Assembly (NCBI GenBank): GCA_038087875.1
Contig: CM075987.1
Span: forward strand, 27,592,001-27,656,000
DNA from: Malacoraja senta
Lineage: Eukaryota
DNA length: 64,000 nucleotides
Direction of reading: 5' to 3'
The notes beneath the pieces are model-generated. The model was not told the DNA's origin. It searched no databases and was given only the letters and a program-made list of their open reading frames with translations. The position numbers and the translations under genes are program-made. Shown piece by piece: positions 1 to 14,500 of the stretch (within the stretch, counting starts at the first letter, position 1; each line of letters starts with the position of its first letter).

Positions 1-2030
1 TTCAGAACTTTTTCACACTTCAACACAATTTTACCTACATGAACAGCCCAAGTCATACGCTCTTCAAACCAAACACCCAAAAACTTAAAAACCTTTACCT
101 TCTCCAATAGAGACCCATACATATACAGCCCTAACTTAGGTAACTTTCTTTTAAAACCAAATACCATATATTTAGTCTTGGAGGCAGAGATTTTAAAGCC
201 CCATGTGTTCCCCCATTCCTCTACAGACACTAACACTCTTTGAATCTGTTTTAAAACAAACTCTACATTACAACCTCTTTTCCAGATGGCCCCGTCATCC
301 GCAAACAAAGACAGACCAAATCCTCTCTCTAATTTACAAAATATGTCATTTATCATGATATTAAATAAAACTGGACTGATAACACTTCCCTGTGGGGTTC
401 CATTCTCTATTTCTACAGACTCTGATCTGACACTACCAACCATTACTTGTATTGTTCTATTCAATAAAAAATCCTTAATCCAGTTGAACATTCGTCCCCT
501 GATTCCCAAGTCAAAAATTTTAATCATTAATCCCTCCTTCCACAAAGAATCATATGCCTTCTCAATATCAAGGAATACACTCACTACTGTTTCCTTGCTT
601 CTAAATGCCCTTTTAATATCCTGATCCAAAACTGATACAGACTCCATTGTAGACCTTCCATTCCTAAAGCCATTCTGTACATCAACAAATAGTCCTCTGG
701 TTTCTAAAAAATAAACTAGTCTGTTGGTTACCATCCTCTCCATAATTTTACAGAGCACTGCTGTGAGCGCTATAGGGCGATATGAACTAGGGTCAGATGC
801 CTCTTTGCCCGGTTTTAAAATAGGGACCATGACTGCATGTTTCCATTCCTTTGGTAAATAACCCTCTGCCCACACAGTATTAAACAAAGCTAAGATTTCA
901 TCAAGTACAATATCATCCAGATGTTTAAATAACTCATACGACAACCTATCTCTCCCCGGGGTGGTATTTGCCCCAGACATAATTGCATCCTTCAACTCTT
1001 TTATGGTAAAAAACAGATTAAAGGTATTATCATTTACTAAACTCCTCTCCAGCTTCCACTGATTAACTGCCATCATCTCGGTTCTCTTTCTACACGTCTC
1101 CACTCCCATGCTCTCTGATCTATGCACTGCTTGAAAACTGTCAACACACATGTCTGCTTTTTCCTTATTGGTGACTGCTACCACCTCACCCTTCTGCAAC
1201 ACTGGTAACAAACTTATTTTATATACTCCTGACATTCTACGCACAGCTGACCACAAATGCCTTACTGGAGTTTCCGGGCCTAGCGTACCACAAAACTTCC
1301 TCCAACTATTCCTCTTTGCATCCTTTACAACTCGTCTTGCTACTGCCCTTAGCCGCTTGTACTCCATTGCATTGACCAAAATTGGATACTTTCTTAATTT
1401 TCGATAGGCTATATTCCTATTCCTTACAGCTTCATCACATTCTTTATTCCACCAAGGAACAGACATACGGGACCTAAGTTCCTGCTTCACAGGAATAGTA
1501 CAACAAGCTGCCTCATGAATCATGAGACTAATGGAAGTATTCCAACTATCTACAGAACCCTCACTATTAACCTCTCCAACTAAACTTTGAGCCTTCTCTT
1601 GGAATTTATCCCATTTGGCCTGATAAAAGTTATATCTAGGGACTTTCTTTTCCACTTCTCTCCTCAAATCCCTACCAAACCTACATAAAATTGGATAATG
1701 ATCACTACCCAGTGTATATCTATCCATTACATCCCATTCACCAATTCTTGCTAAATTTGATGAAGCAATTGATAAATCTATGTGGCTGCAGGTGTTTCTC
1801 ACAATATTATACCTAGACGGCCACCCATCATTTAACAATACCAACTCATACTTGTCTAGAAATTCTTCAACAATAACACCATTTTTATCCCTGTGATCAC
1901 TACCCCATAAAGGATTATGCGCATTAAAATCTCCAATCCATATAACAGGACACCTTACCTTCTCCATTATCTCATCAAAATCTGACAATATCAAGGGTTG
2001 ACAGGGGTTATAATAATTTATCACAATAAG
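1..2030 (-). mobile_element. 5'-truncated non-LTR retrotransposon ORF2 (APE endonuclease + RT), I/Nimb-like; frame open to the window edge
   Basis: Manual translation from 2030 to 1 gives 676 codons with no stop. Motifs: GDFNAHNPLWGS, GSDHYPI, VPWWNKEC, SYRPIALT, QNGFRNGRST, FLDIEKAYD, GTPQGSVISPVLF, FADD, KFLGV. It is absent from the ORF track because it runs off the edge. Confidence 0.9.
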
Positions 2031-2309
2031 GAGGCAATTAAACACACCTGAGCAATTACAAACACCTGTGAAGCCATGTGTCCCAATCATTATGGTGCCC
2101 TGAAATGGGGGGGGGGGGGACTATGTATAAACACAGCTGTAATTTCTACATGATGAAACCAAAATGTATAAAAATGGCCTTTAATAAAATCTGACAATGT
2201 GCACTTTAACCACATGTGATTTTTTTTCTATTACAAATCTCAAATTGTGGAGTACAGAGGCAAATAAATAAGTGATGGGTCTTTGTCCCAAACATTATGG
2301 AGGGCACTG
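2031..2309 (-). mobile_element. Tc1-like DNA transposon terminal segment (IR/DR-type TIR)
   Basis: Ends ...TGTCCCAAACATTATGGAGGGCACTG|TA; near-identical to the TIR at 52450-52618; inner direct repeat TGTCCCAATCATTATGG. Confidence 0.88.
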
Positions 2310-2520
2310 TAGGTGAATATGAATGTGGTTTAACAACACTGTTGCTGTGTGGAACATCAGCTATACCCGATTCTATAGTCACAGGAGATCTCCAGCCTTG
2401 GTACTGGCCGGCCTTCCAGTAAGTTGTGACTGTACAAGGGGATGTGCCTGACCTACATCTGAATGAATGTTCTCGGTGGGATTCTGCAGTGATCCTCTTT
2501 ATTTTTCAATCTTTCGCCAG

Positions 2521-2565
2521 ATACCAGTCGGTGTCTTTTCCATGTGCAGAGTCTTGCAGAAGAAG
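2521..2565 (+). CDS. LRSAM1: LRSAM1 exon [15 protein letters not shown]
   Basis: cgccag|ATA...AAG|gtaag; 45 nt, phase 0/0. Confidence 0.92.
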
Positions 2566-5500
2566 GTAAGAGTTTACTGTGGGTACTTGCTGTCCCTACC
2601 CCCTGCCTTTGATGATGTTGCTCTGACCCGGCTCAGGTGCCCATGCTCTCCCCCACTCTGCTCGGAAACAGTCTCTTCGGCCCACCGAGTCCACGCCGAC
2701 TAGCGATCACCCCTTACGCTAGCACCATCCTACACAGCAGGGACAATTTACAATTTTACCAGAGCCAATTAAACTGCAAACCTGTACATCTTTGGAGTGT
2801 GGGAGGAAACCGGAGCAACCGGAGAAAACCCACATGGTCACAGGGAGAACGTGCAAACTCCCTACAGACAGCACCATAGTCACACACACACACACACACC
2901 TCTCTACCTCTTGACAACTGGGCTAGAAGCTGTTTACCATAGATCAGCAGACCAGCCGTGATTACATTGCTGAGTGGATTGGCCACTGCTGTACCCGGCC
3001 TGCAACTGTACATGCAGAATGAAGCCATGATGTACTTCAGCTTCCAGCAAGTAGTAGAAAAGTCTAGGACCAGAGGTCACAGCCTCAGAATTAAAGTATG
3101 TTCCTTTAGGAAGGAGATGAGGAGGAATGTTTTTAGTCAGAGGATGGTGAATCTGTAGAATTCATTGCCACAGAGGGCTGTGGAGGCCAAGTCAATGGAT
3201 ATTCTTAAGGCAGAGAGAGAGAGATAGATAGATAGATTCTTGATTAGTACGGGTGTCAGGGGTTATGGAGAGAAGGCAGGAGAATGGGGTTAAGAGGGAA
3301 AGATAGTTCAGCCATGATTGAATGGCAGAGTAGACTTGATGGGCTGAATGGCCTAATTTTTGCTCCTATCACTTATGAACTTAAGTAGAGACTTCCAATT
3401 CTCCAACCAATAGCTGGATTTCTATTTTGTGAGAAACTGCGATTTGAATCATGGTTGTACTGATTACAATCTTTCAGCAGCGATGGAAAACTGCATGAGC
3501 TGTTAATGTTTTAATTCCATTTCACCTCCTTGTTTGTCTCCTTCATGCATCATTTGTAGAATAATTATCAAGCTTGTGTTGATATAAGTCCCCAGCTGTT
3601 ATCAAGCAACTGAACCGTCCTCTCAACAACTAGAGCTGCCACCCACCTCATTGGAGACCCTCGGACTATCTTTAATCAGACTTTACATTGCACTAACAGT
3701 ATTCCCTTTATCATGTATCTGTACACTGTGGACGGCTCAATTGTAATCATATATAGTCTTCCCACTGACTGGATAGCAGGCAACAAAAGAAGCTTTTCTC
3801 TGTACCTCGGTACACGTGACAATAAACGAAACTAAAGCATGTCATATAGGAGCTCTGTTTGCTTTCCAGGTTTTAATCGTTCACTCCAATCACTTGACAA
3901 CACTACAGCCCAGGTCGTGTAACATCCAGGACCTGTCGATGCTGAAGGTAAATTGGAGGTCACAGTCTGGTATCAGGCTGATCCTGGATTATGTTCGTGC
4001 TAATAACTGGTGACCAGAAAACTGACTTCAAGTAACCCTTGCATCTCCTCTCTCCATCCCTCCCCCACCCGAGTCATCGTACTAGTTTCACTGTCGTCCT
4101 GCTTTGTTTCACTGTCCAGATAACTCGTTATCACCTCTCCCACAGCCAACACGGGACCATTGTGGGCTCCACCTCGTTACTTGTTGCATATCTTTCATTC
4201 ATTGGTTGTATGTACCTACTATATCTGTCCTTCCCCCTTTTCCTCTCAGTCTGCAGAAGGGTCTCGACCAGAAACGTCACCCATTCCTTCCCTCCACAGA
4301 TGCTGCCTGTCCCGCTGTGTTACTCCAGCTTTTTATGTATGCACATAGTTCTGCTATATCAAGTTTCCATGCCTTGAATGGATATAACATGATTCATGAA
4401 TTAGAGAAGACTATTTATATTACGCTGGCCAATTTTGATCAGGAGGAGGACCACTTCAAAGTTACTTTGATCAGTTTTGATCAGGAGGAGGACCACTTCA
4501 AAGTTACTTTGAAAATTGAAAGAAAAAAACGTTTACAAAAACAAGTCTAAAGAAAAATAATGTTTCTATGAGAGGGGGTAGGAGGGAGGGAATGGGGGCT
4601 GCCCAACCTCTCCCAGTCTGTAGAAGGGTCTCATAAGGTCATAAGTGATAGGAGCAGAAGTAGGCCATTCGGCCTATCATGATCTATTCCCTTTCTCCAG
4701 AGATGCTGCCTGACCCACTGAGTTACTCCATCTTTTGTATCTATCTTTGGTTTCCACCAGCATCTGCAGATCCTTCCTGCACAGAACTACTTGCATGTTT
4801 CTCTCTGACTCTGCACATACGGTATGCATTTAACTCCCTCTCCCTCCCGAAATGATAAGAAGGTCGTCAAAGGCTATGGGGAGAAAGCCAGGAGAATGGT
4901 GTTGAGAGGGAAAAATAGATCAGCTACGATTGAATGGCGGAATAGACTGGATGGGCTGAATGGCCTAATTCTGCTCCTATGTCTTCTGGTCTTATGATAT
5001 GTAAATATAGGAAATTCAGTGACTGTAATGGTATTATTTTATTAGAAGATGATTATTGTTCAGTGTAGGTGTGGTCCTAATTTTGTACTTCCCGTCTAAT
5101 TCTGTTGTGCTGCTACAAGTACGAATTTCATTGTTCTATCTGGGACATTTGACAATAATATACTCTATTGTCTCTTGATTGCATCGACTGCATAAACAAT
5201 AAGTGAGTGATTCACAGAGAGCCCCTTGTACGGTTGGTCACTCTGTCTCTGATTTATATATTTTGATTAATTTTGCTCCTTGCTACACTGCAGCATTTCC
5301 CATCGAGTGTCACGGGAACAGCGGGACTTCTTCCTTCCATTCCCAAGCTGCATGTACTTGTGACATTGGCGTGTCAAGAGTCAAGTGCTTTATTGTCGAC
5401 AGTTAGGACAATGACATTCTTACATGTAGCAGCACAACACAATATGTAAACACCGTGCTCTAAACAGTATAGCAGATGAGTGAAAAAGTTCAGTGTGTGT

Positions 5501-8500
5501 ACATGCACACGCACGCATGCACACGCACGCACACATACACACATACACAAGCATACATACACATAAAAAACAAGCAAATAATAATAGTGCAATAACAATA
5601 ATAGTCTATGTAGATCAGAGCTTATTTGAGGTTGTAGTGGTTAATACCATAATGGCTGTAAGCTGTAGGGAATGGCATGTATCACCATTCCTTCTTTATC
5701 ATTAGATTACATTCCTGGAACAACATTCTGTTGACTTGCTGACATCGCATGGAGTTTAACCTGTTCAATGACACCCCTGGGTATACTCTGGTCATGGCCA
5801 ATATTGAAAAAAAACTTGGCAGTGAACAGGTTAAAGAAGCCATCCATCTCGGGAGCTCGGTCTAGCTCCTTGCTAGAGAGTCCCAAACCTCCAAGAAACC
5901 AAACATTGGTTAAGTTATTTTCAGTTCAGAAATTCTGCGTGCTTTTGTTTTGGAGCCCATCGAAGATTGTTGTTGTGTTTGTTATTTGTTGTTGTTGGTG
6001 TGAGTGGGGTTGCCTGTGGTGGGGAGTGAGGAGTAGCTGTTGATGTGACCGCAGGGCTCTGTGCTGTACGTGGCTCTGGTGTTGGGGGACAGCCGTGAAG
6101 AACAATGGAGGGCCCGGCATGGGGGACACACTCGAGTTTACAATCCTCTGTCCAGGGGATAAGCGTGCTTTCGTTTGTTCATTTGTTCCGGTGAAGGCGT
6201 GTGCCAGACAACAGTTGCTTGTCTTTTTCTTTTTGTTTTCACTTGTAATTGCAAGTTTTCGTGGACCGTGTGCCTTGTGACTGCCGGCAGACCAATTTCC
6301 CTCCGGGGATGAATACAGTTTTATCGTTTAAGAAGGAACTGCAGATGCTGGAAAATCGAAAAAGACAAAAGTGCTGGAGAAACTCAGCGGGTGCAGCAGC
6401 ATCTATGGAGCGAAGGAAATAGGCAACGTTTTGGGCCGAAACATTGCCTATTTCCTTCGCTCCATAGATGCTGCTGCACCCACTGAGTTTCTCCAGCACT
6501 TTTGTCTAATACGGTTTTATCGTATCGATTCTGTTTGGTAGGGTGGGGCTTGTTGGCATTTTCTACGCTCTGTTCTCCTTGCTCTCAGATTCTGGATCTC
6601 CATGACAACCAGCTCTCCTCACTGCCTGAGGACATGGGGCAGCTCTCATCCCTTCAGGTAACAATCAATTTCTTCAAACTTCTTCAAGGTTTAAGACCCA
6701 ACAGCACACAACTCTGAGACATTAGAGTCATAGAATGTGGAAACAGGCCCAACTTGCCCACACCGGCCAACATGCCCCATCTACACTAGTCCCACCTGCC
6801 TGCGTTTGGTCCATATCCCTCTAAACCTGTCCTATTCATGTACCTGTCTAATTCCTTCTTAAATGTTGGGATAGTCCCTGCTTCAACTACCTCCTTTGGC
6901 AGCTCATTCCATACACCCACCACCCTTTGTGTGGAAAAGCCACCCCTCGGGTTCCTATTAAAACTTTCCCCCTTCACCTTAAACCTACGTACCCTGGTCC
7001 TTGATTCCCCTACTCTGGACAAGAGACTCATTGCATTGTGCATCTACCCAATCTATTCCACTCGTGATCTTATACACCTCCATAAGATCACCCCTCATTT
7101 TCTTGAGCTCCATGGAATAGAGTCTCAGCCTGCTCAACCTCTCCCTATAGCTCAGACCCTCTAGTCCTGGCAACATCGTTGTAAATCTTCTCTGTTCCCT
7201 TTCCAGCTTGACAACATTTTCATATAACTCCATGCAAATCTCCCCAGGTTTTGTTTCCCCTGACTAGAGTTGTTGATTGTTTGCTGGGCCCGCCTGCCTT
7301 GTTCTTTATCCACTAACTTTTATAATATTCCAGGTGCTCAACATGGAGCAGAATCACTTGAAATCTGTTCCTAGCTCGCTGACGACCTTGGCCCAGCTCC
7401 AGACGTTAAATCTAAAAGGTAACAGAGCCTGACTTTAAGGTGTGTGTTCTGTGGAGACAGCTCAGTTCAAAGTTCTCATCTAGCTACACTCCTGAGTGGG
7501 TGAACTGGAAGCCCACTCACTGTACATTATTGTTCTTCAATATCTGCAAAAGCCTTTTGGTAATTCTATTGGGAATGGGAGTAAAGTAGTGGGAAGGAAC
7601 TGCAGATGTTGGTTTATACCGACAGCTGGAGTAACTCAGTGCATCAGGCAGCAACTCTGGAGACAATCGATGGCCTGCTCTGCTGAGTTACTCCAGCACT
7701 TTGTGTCTGTCTTTGGGAGTAAAGTGTATTTAGGTTTTCGTTGGGATCGCAAGATGGAGTTAGTGAATGGAGTTCCCTGCATTGGGGAAGCCCAGGGTCC
7801 AGCCATCCATATTACAGCAGTGTATGTGACCCTGTGATAGTGGAGGCAAACAGCATGCACACACGCACATGCACGCCCACACACACACGCACGCCCATGC
7901 ACACACACACACACACACACACCTCACGCACACACACATGCACACACACAGACACCTCACACACACACACAGACACCTCACGCACACACACACACACACA
8001 CAGACACCTCACGCACACACACACACACACACATACCTCACACACACACGCACACCTCACGCACACACACACACACCTCACGCACACACACCTCACACAC
8101 ACACACACACCTCACACACACACACACACACACCACACGCGCACACACACCACACACACACACACACACACACCTCACGCACACACACACACACGCATGC
8201 ACGCACACACACATACACACCTCACGCACGCACACACATACACACCTCACGCACGCACACACATACACACCTCACGCACGCACACACATACACACCTCAC
8301 GCACACACACACATACACACCTCACGCACACACACACACCTCACGCACACGCACACACACCTCACGCCCACACATACACCTCACACACACACGCACATGC
8401 ACACATGTTTCTCTGTCACCATAAGCTCGCACCACCAGACTACGTTTGCTGACACTGCTACAGGAAACAATTCTGTGTTGAGTAAAGATTTTATAGAACA

Positions 8501-11500
8501 GGCAGCGAGGCCCTTGGGAATAGTCGTGTGGTTTCAGAGTCAGACTGGATTGGACTTTGATCAGACTTTACTGGCTTTACCTTGCACTAAGCGTTATTCC
8601 TTTATCATGTATCTGTACACTGTAAATGGTTTGATTGTAATCATGTATTGTCTTTCCGCTGACTGGTTATCGCGCAACAAAAGCTTTTCACTGTACCTCG
8701 GTACACGGGACAATAAACTAAACTTTAGAGGGGTCTCCACAGCAGAGATACAATTGGCGGAAGCTGATCAGTGATAGCCTTCAGCAGGGTTTCCAAACCT
8801 TGGGGAAGTGCTGTAAACATATCCAGAACCTAACAAGATGTGCCAGGTTAGTGCTTTGACACATTGAGCTCTCTTTAATTAATGCCAACTTTAAACGCAA
8901 CTACACAGGTACCTACTGCAGGTATTTCTGCAGCTACTCTCCAATAATCTCCACTATCCTATGCCTTCTCAGTAACACACACAATTCAACTACACTGAGG
9001 TGGTATGAGGAAGTTCCCTTAAGATGTTATGTCTGGGTGAGTGGGAAGCTGGGGTTAGGGTGGGTGGGGGGGGGGGGGCATTGCCCCTATCTCTGGGTGG
9101 AGTCCCCCATCTCGGGGTGAGGTGTATTGATCGGTAGAATCCCAGAGAGGGCAGGCATTTCAGCATGGGGGTGATTTGTGGCTGCCTCCGGTTTGGGTGG
9201 GAAGCTGTGATTCACTACAGCGTCATCCCATTCACCTTTCCCCCTCCCGTTTGCTCCAGGGAACCGGATCCGGAAGCTGCCCGAGTCTCTGAGCGGATTG
9301 AAGAGCCTGCGCACACTCGACATTAGTCAGAATCAAATCCGACTTCTGCCTCATGACCTGGCCAACATCAGGACACTGGAGGTAAAATAGTGGCCTGTCC
9401 TTGATCTAGGCATCTGTGTGGGGTAGTGCTGGAGGCAGGTACAATAGTGGCTTATAGATGGGCACTTGGATGTACAGGTACTGGAGGGGTATGGATTGCA
9501 TGCAGGCAGAGGAGATTCGTTTAACTTGGCATCATGTTCAGCAGGGACATTATGGATCAAAGGGTATGTTCCTGTGTCTGTGTGCAGCATCTTCCTTATT
9601 TGACACTCATTTGGTGACAGTGGAGCAGCGGTAGAGTTGCTGCCTTACAGCGCTTGCAGCGCCGGAGACCCGGGTTCCATCCCGACTACGGGTGCTGTCT
9701 GTACCGAGTTTGTACCTTCTCCTGCGTGTGTTTTCTCTGAGATCTTCGGTTTCCTCCCACACCCCAAAGACGTACATGTTTGTAGGTTGATCGGCTTGGT
9801 ATAAGTGTAAATTGTTCCTCGTGTGTGTAGGATAGTGTTAATGTGCGGGGATCGCTGGTCGGTGCCAACCCGGTGGGCTGAAGGGCCTGTTTCCGCGCTG
9901 TATCTCTAAACTAAACTAAAAGATTAATACCTTTCCTAAGAAGAACATACACATTGGAGCAGCATTGACCGCTCACCAAAACTAGGGTGGCGCAGCGGTA
10001 GAGTAGCTGCCTTGCTCCACCAGCGACCCTGACTACGGGTGCTGTCTGTACGGAGTTTGTACGTTCTCCCTGTGACCACGTGGGTTTTCTCCAGGTGCTC
10101 CGGTTTCCTCCCACACTCCAAAGATGTGCAGGTTTGTAGGTTAATTTCCTTCTATAAATCGTCCCTAGTGTGTAGGGTAGAACTAGGTACGGGGGATCGT
10201 GGGTCAGCACCGACTCGGTGGGCCGAAGAGCCTGTTTCCATGCTGTATCTCTAAACTAAACTAAATGATCATGTCGGTGCTAAGTGTGATATTTAAGCAG
10301 TCTCCATTTATTGAGTTGTTTCCTATAACAAGCTGAATCTCATTCGGTCACTTAGCAGTTTAAAATGCTGGTTTGTTCTGCCAAGATTCACTGTGACAGA
10401 AGATTACTGTGTGTATCACGACTGATGTGCCATCATTTAATCAGATCATAGCTCAGCTGTAAGAACACTTTAGTGGAGGGATGTGGATAGTCTAATGTAA
10501 CAGGCTTGCTGTAGCAAGACACAAAATGCTGGAGCATCTCTGGAGAGAAGGAATGGGTGACGTTTCACAGAGTGCTGGAGTAACTCAGCGGGTCAGGCAG
10601 CATCTCTGGAGAGAGGGAATGGGTGACGTTTCGGGTCGAGACCCTTCTTCACACTGATGTCGGGGAGGGGGCGGGACAGAGATAGAATGTAGTCGGAGAC
10701 AGTAAGACTGGTAGGAGAACTGGGAAGGGAAGGGGATGGAGAGAGAAAGCAAGGGTTACTTGAAGTTACTATGTTCAGACCAAGTGAAATATGAGGTGCT
10801 GTGACTCCAGTTAGAGCTGTCGTGTGTTGCTGGACTAGCGTGGCTAGATGGTAACAGTTGCTAAGTAATTGCTCTGTATTTTCGAAGGGAATAAGGTGGG
10901 GCACTGGAGGTTCAATGATCCAAGGGCAGGGTTTGATAAGCAATCTATTACCTCTTTTTAAAATAAACAATTATATACCCACTTATATTTGAATAAAACC
11001 CATTTAGTCAATGTCATTTACGTGCCAATGTTTAGTTTATAGATACAGTGTGGAAACTGTCCACAGCCTTGGTTGCTCTTGGCACTTTGAGCTGTGTTTT
11101 TGTTTTTACAATAGATTTAGATTTTTGGAGATACAGCGTGTAAACAGGCTCTTCAGCCCACACAGTTCGTGCCGACCAGCGATCACCCATACACTGGTTC
11201 TATCCTACACACACTAGGGACAATTTGCAGAAGCTAATTAGCCTACAAACCCGTATGTCTTTGGAGTGTGGGAGAAAAACCAGAGCCCCTGGAGAAAACC
11301 CACCCAGGTCACGGGGAGAACGTACAAACTCCGTACAGACAGCACCTGTAGTCAGGATCCAACCTGGGTCTCTGGCGCTGTGCGGCAGCAACTCTACCGC
11401 TGTGCCACTGTTTTGGCTGCTGAGGCTGTGGAAATCCCCTCCTGCTCCTGATTGTCCACATGTAATCGGCACTCGCCAACCCGACATTGTCAGCAGTTTG

Positions 11501-14500
11501 TAGATATAGGATTGCAGCTGACAAACATCAGAGTGGGAGTAAGCCAATCTCTGCCGGTCCAGCTGGCTTCAGGGTTGATACTAATGAACATCTTGCAGCT
11601 GCCCCAGCGTAAGCTCTCAATCTAATCTGTAACTGAGTCCCTGCTCCTTTATGCTTTTACACACCACCCATTCCTCCTGGATTAGATTTCAGTTTCTAAT
11701 TAATTCCTGCTTATTCATTGTTCTGTATAGAAATGATCTGAGCTTTTGTATTAGATCTCAGTCTGTAAACCGTGCGGGACATCATTAGTTATGGGTTGAA
11801 TTATCTGAGCCCTTGGTTTGAGTTTCTGCAGAAATATGCTGTGCTATGCCACAATCTATTCCTGTCACATTTAGTTTATAGTTGAGAGATACAGCGAGGT
11901 AACATGCCCTTCGGCCCACCGAGTCCGCACCGACCAGCGATCCCCACACACTAACACAACACTACCCTACACACACACGGTTCAATTTACACTTATACCA
12001 AGCCAATTAACCGACAAACCTGTACGTCTGTGGAATGTGGGTGGAAACCGAAGATCTCGGAGAAAACCCACGCCGGTCACGGGGAGAACGTACAGACAGC
12101 ACACGTAGTTAGGATCGAACCCAGGGTCTCTGGACCTGTAAGGCAGCAACTGTACCACTGCACAACCATGCTGTCTTTATGCTGTACATATTCATGAGAA
12201 TTCTGCTTTGCTGTTTCTCCACCCCATGTTAACTGGTCTTTCCTGCCCTCTTTCCCCTTCACCATTTACTTTCTGGGACCTCTGATAGTCCCTCAGTCTA
12301 GATGCAGAGGACATGACCTACCCTCCGCCCAATGTGTGCAGTAATGGAACAGAAGCCATCAAACAGTTCCTGTGCAAAGGTAAGGCTGGCAGGCGTGACC
12401 ACTTCATTGGTATAGTCTTGTCAGCTGAAAGCTACCTGGCTCACCAACCGAGAAAGAATTGGTCATACTGCTTTGATTATTTCATAAGAGGAAGCAGGCA
12501 GAAAAGAAAAATATTTGGTTGGTCAGTAGCATTATGTTGAACAGTGTTTTGATTTTTATCGCAGTTTCTCTCCTTTTTATCCTGAGCCTTTGTTACAAGT
12601 CTTACTTCCAAGGTGTCATTTGCATTGATAACATTACATACAGAAAGATCAGAATGGGAAGAGGCATTAAAATGGTTAACAACAGGTGGATTGAATTGAT
12701 TTGAATACTATATTGTCACATGTGACAAGTCACAGTGAAATTCTTTGCTTACATACCTTGCCACGGTATGCAAACAGTTGCCACATAAAGGGCGCTTCCA
12801 AGTTACAAATCCATCCTGTGCCAGTTCCCCCTTTGTTCTCCCCTCCCCTCACGGCGGTCCCCCCACGCCAGGTCCTCCTTTGTTCCCACAGCAGCGGCGT
12901 CCTCACTTCCACGTGGTCCGTCCGTCGGTCGGCGCCATCATCGACCGCCGCATCAACCTCGCCACTATTGCCGCCGGGTCCTCTCCGTGACGCTGACCCA
13001 GGCCCCAGCCGCGGGCTCCGTAGGGTTCCGTATGTCTTGGCAGACCGTGCATGAGTGTTCGGCGAAATGGTCGCCGAGTCTACACCTAGTCTCGCTGATG
13101 TAACCGAGGCCACAACAGAAAGACCAGGTGCAGCAGATGAGCATAGGCTCGCGACCATTTCACTGAACACCTGCGCTCGGTCGGTCTGCCAAAGCCTACT
13201 GGATCTCCCGGTTGCTAACCAATTTAACTCCTCTTCCCATTGCCACTCTGTAAATTATGTGCTAACATTTCGCAAGGAATTTGAAGTTGATGCATTTGAA
13301 TGCAGAACTAGGATCGTAAATCAAAATACAGGAAACTTGTGAATGAATGAATGAATGAATATGTTTATTGGCCAAGTATTCACATACAAGGAATTAGCTT
13401 TGCTGCTCCGCCCGCAAGTGACAACATGACATACAGTGACAGTTAGGAATGACACATTAAACATTAAACATTAATAATTAAAATGTATCGATTAAACGTG
13501 TGAATTAAATAAAGTTGTGACGTTTTGAGAGGAGAGCGAGCTGGAACTCATCGGCAGATTATACGGGAAGGTGCGACAGTGGACCGGCAATGAGTAGCAT
13601 TTAAAAAATTTAATTGAGTGAAACATCATGGAAACATGCCCTTCAGCCCAACTTGCCCATACTGGCCAACATGCCCCATCCACACTAGTCCCACCTGCCT
13701 GCGTGTGGCCCATAACCCTCCAAATCTATCCTATCCATGTACTTGTCAAAATGTTTTTTAACCGTTGTGATAGTACCTGCCGCGACTACCTCCTCTGGCA
13801 TCTTGTTCCCAACTTGCCTACCACATTTTGTGTGTAAAATAAAAAGTTGCCCCTCAGATTCCTATTAAATCTTACCCCCCTCACCTTAAACCTATGTCCT
13901 CTGGTTTTTGATTCTCCTACTCTGGGTAAAATATCTATTCTTCTCATGATCTTGTACACCTTTAATCCCTCGCCCTCCTGTGCTCCAGGGAATAAAGTCC
14001 TAGCCTCTCCCTATAGGTCAGGCTCTCCAGTCCTGGCAACATCCTCATAGATCTTCTCTGTAAATGTACAATTTGAAAAAGTAAATGTTCCTTACAAGCA
14101 CAAGAGAAGGCGAGATAAATGTTTAATTAAGAGTCTATAAAGTTGCCAGAGATAGCAGCAAGCATGAAGATTGAGAACATTTTAGTATTGAGTGAAGGAG
14201 AACCAAGAAGCTGAATGGTGAGCTCACCTCACACACATACATGATGGTGCAATAGAGTCTGAAAGCAGCACGGAGAGACATCATGGGTCTAACATATGTA
14301 AGAAGGAACTGCAGATACTAGTTTACACCGAAGGTAGACACAAAATGCCAGAGTAACTAAGTGTTTAAGAAAGAACTGCAGATGCTGGAAAAATCAAAGG
14401 TAGACAAAAATGCTGGAGAAACTCAGCGGGTGAGCCAGCATCTATGGAACAAAGGAAAAGGCGACATTTTGGGTCGAGACCCTTCTTCCAAGTGGGTCAG

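Noticed and set aside
286..1407. Plus-strand ORFs of 112 aa and 85 aa
   Set aside because: Antisense shadows of the minus-strand LINE ORF2
4104..4550. 148-aa ORF with duplicated [12 protein letters not shown]
   Set aside because: Runs through a Penelope-type repeat and a local 42-bp duplication; no splice or homology support
7741..8774. 227-aa and 301-aa HT-repeat ORFs
   Set aside because: (CA)n microsatellite artefact
9613..9690. tRNA-like sequences with A/B boxes
   Set aside because: Heads of HE1-type SINEs, continuous with SINE core and tail; not tRNA genes
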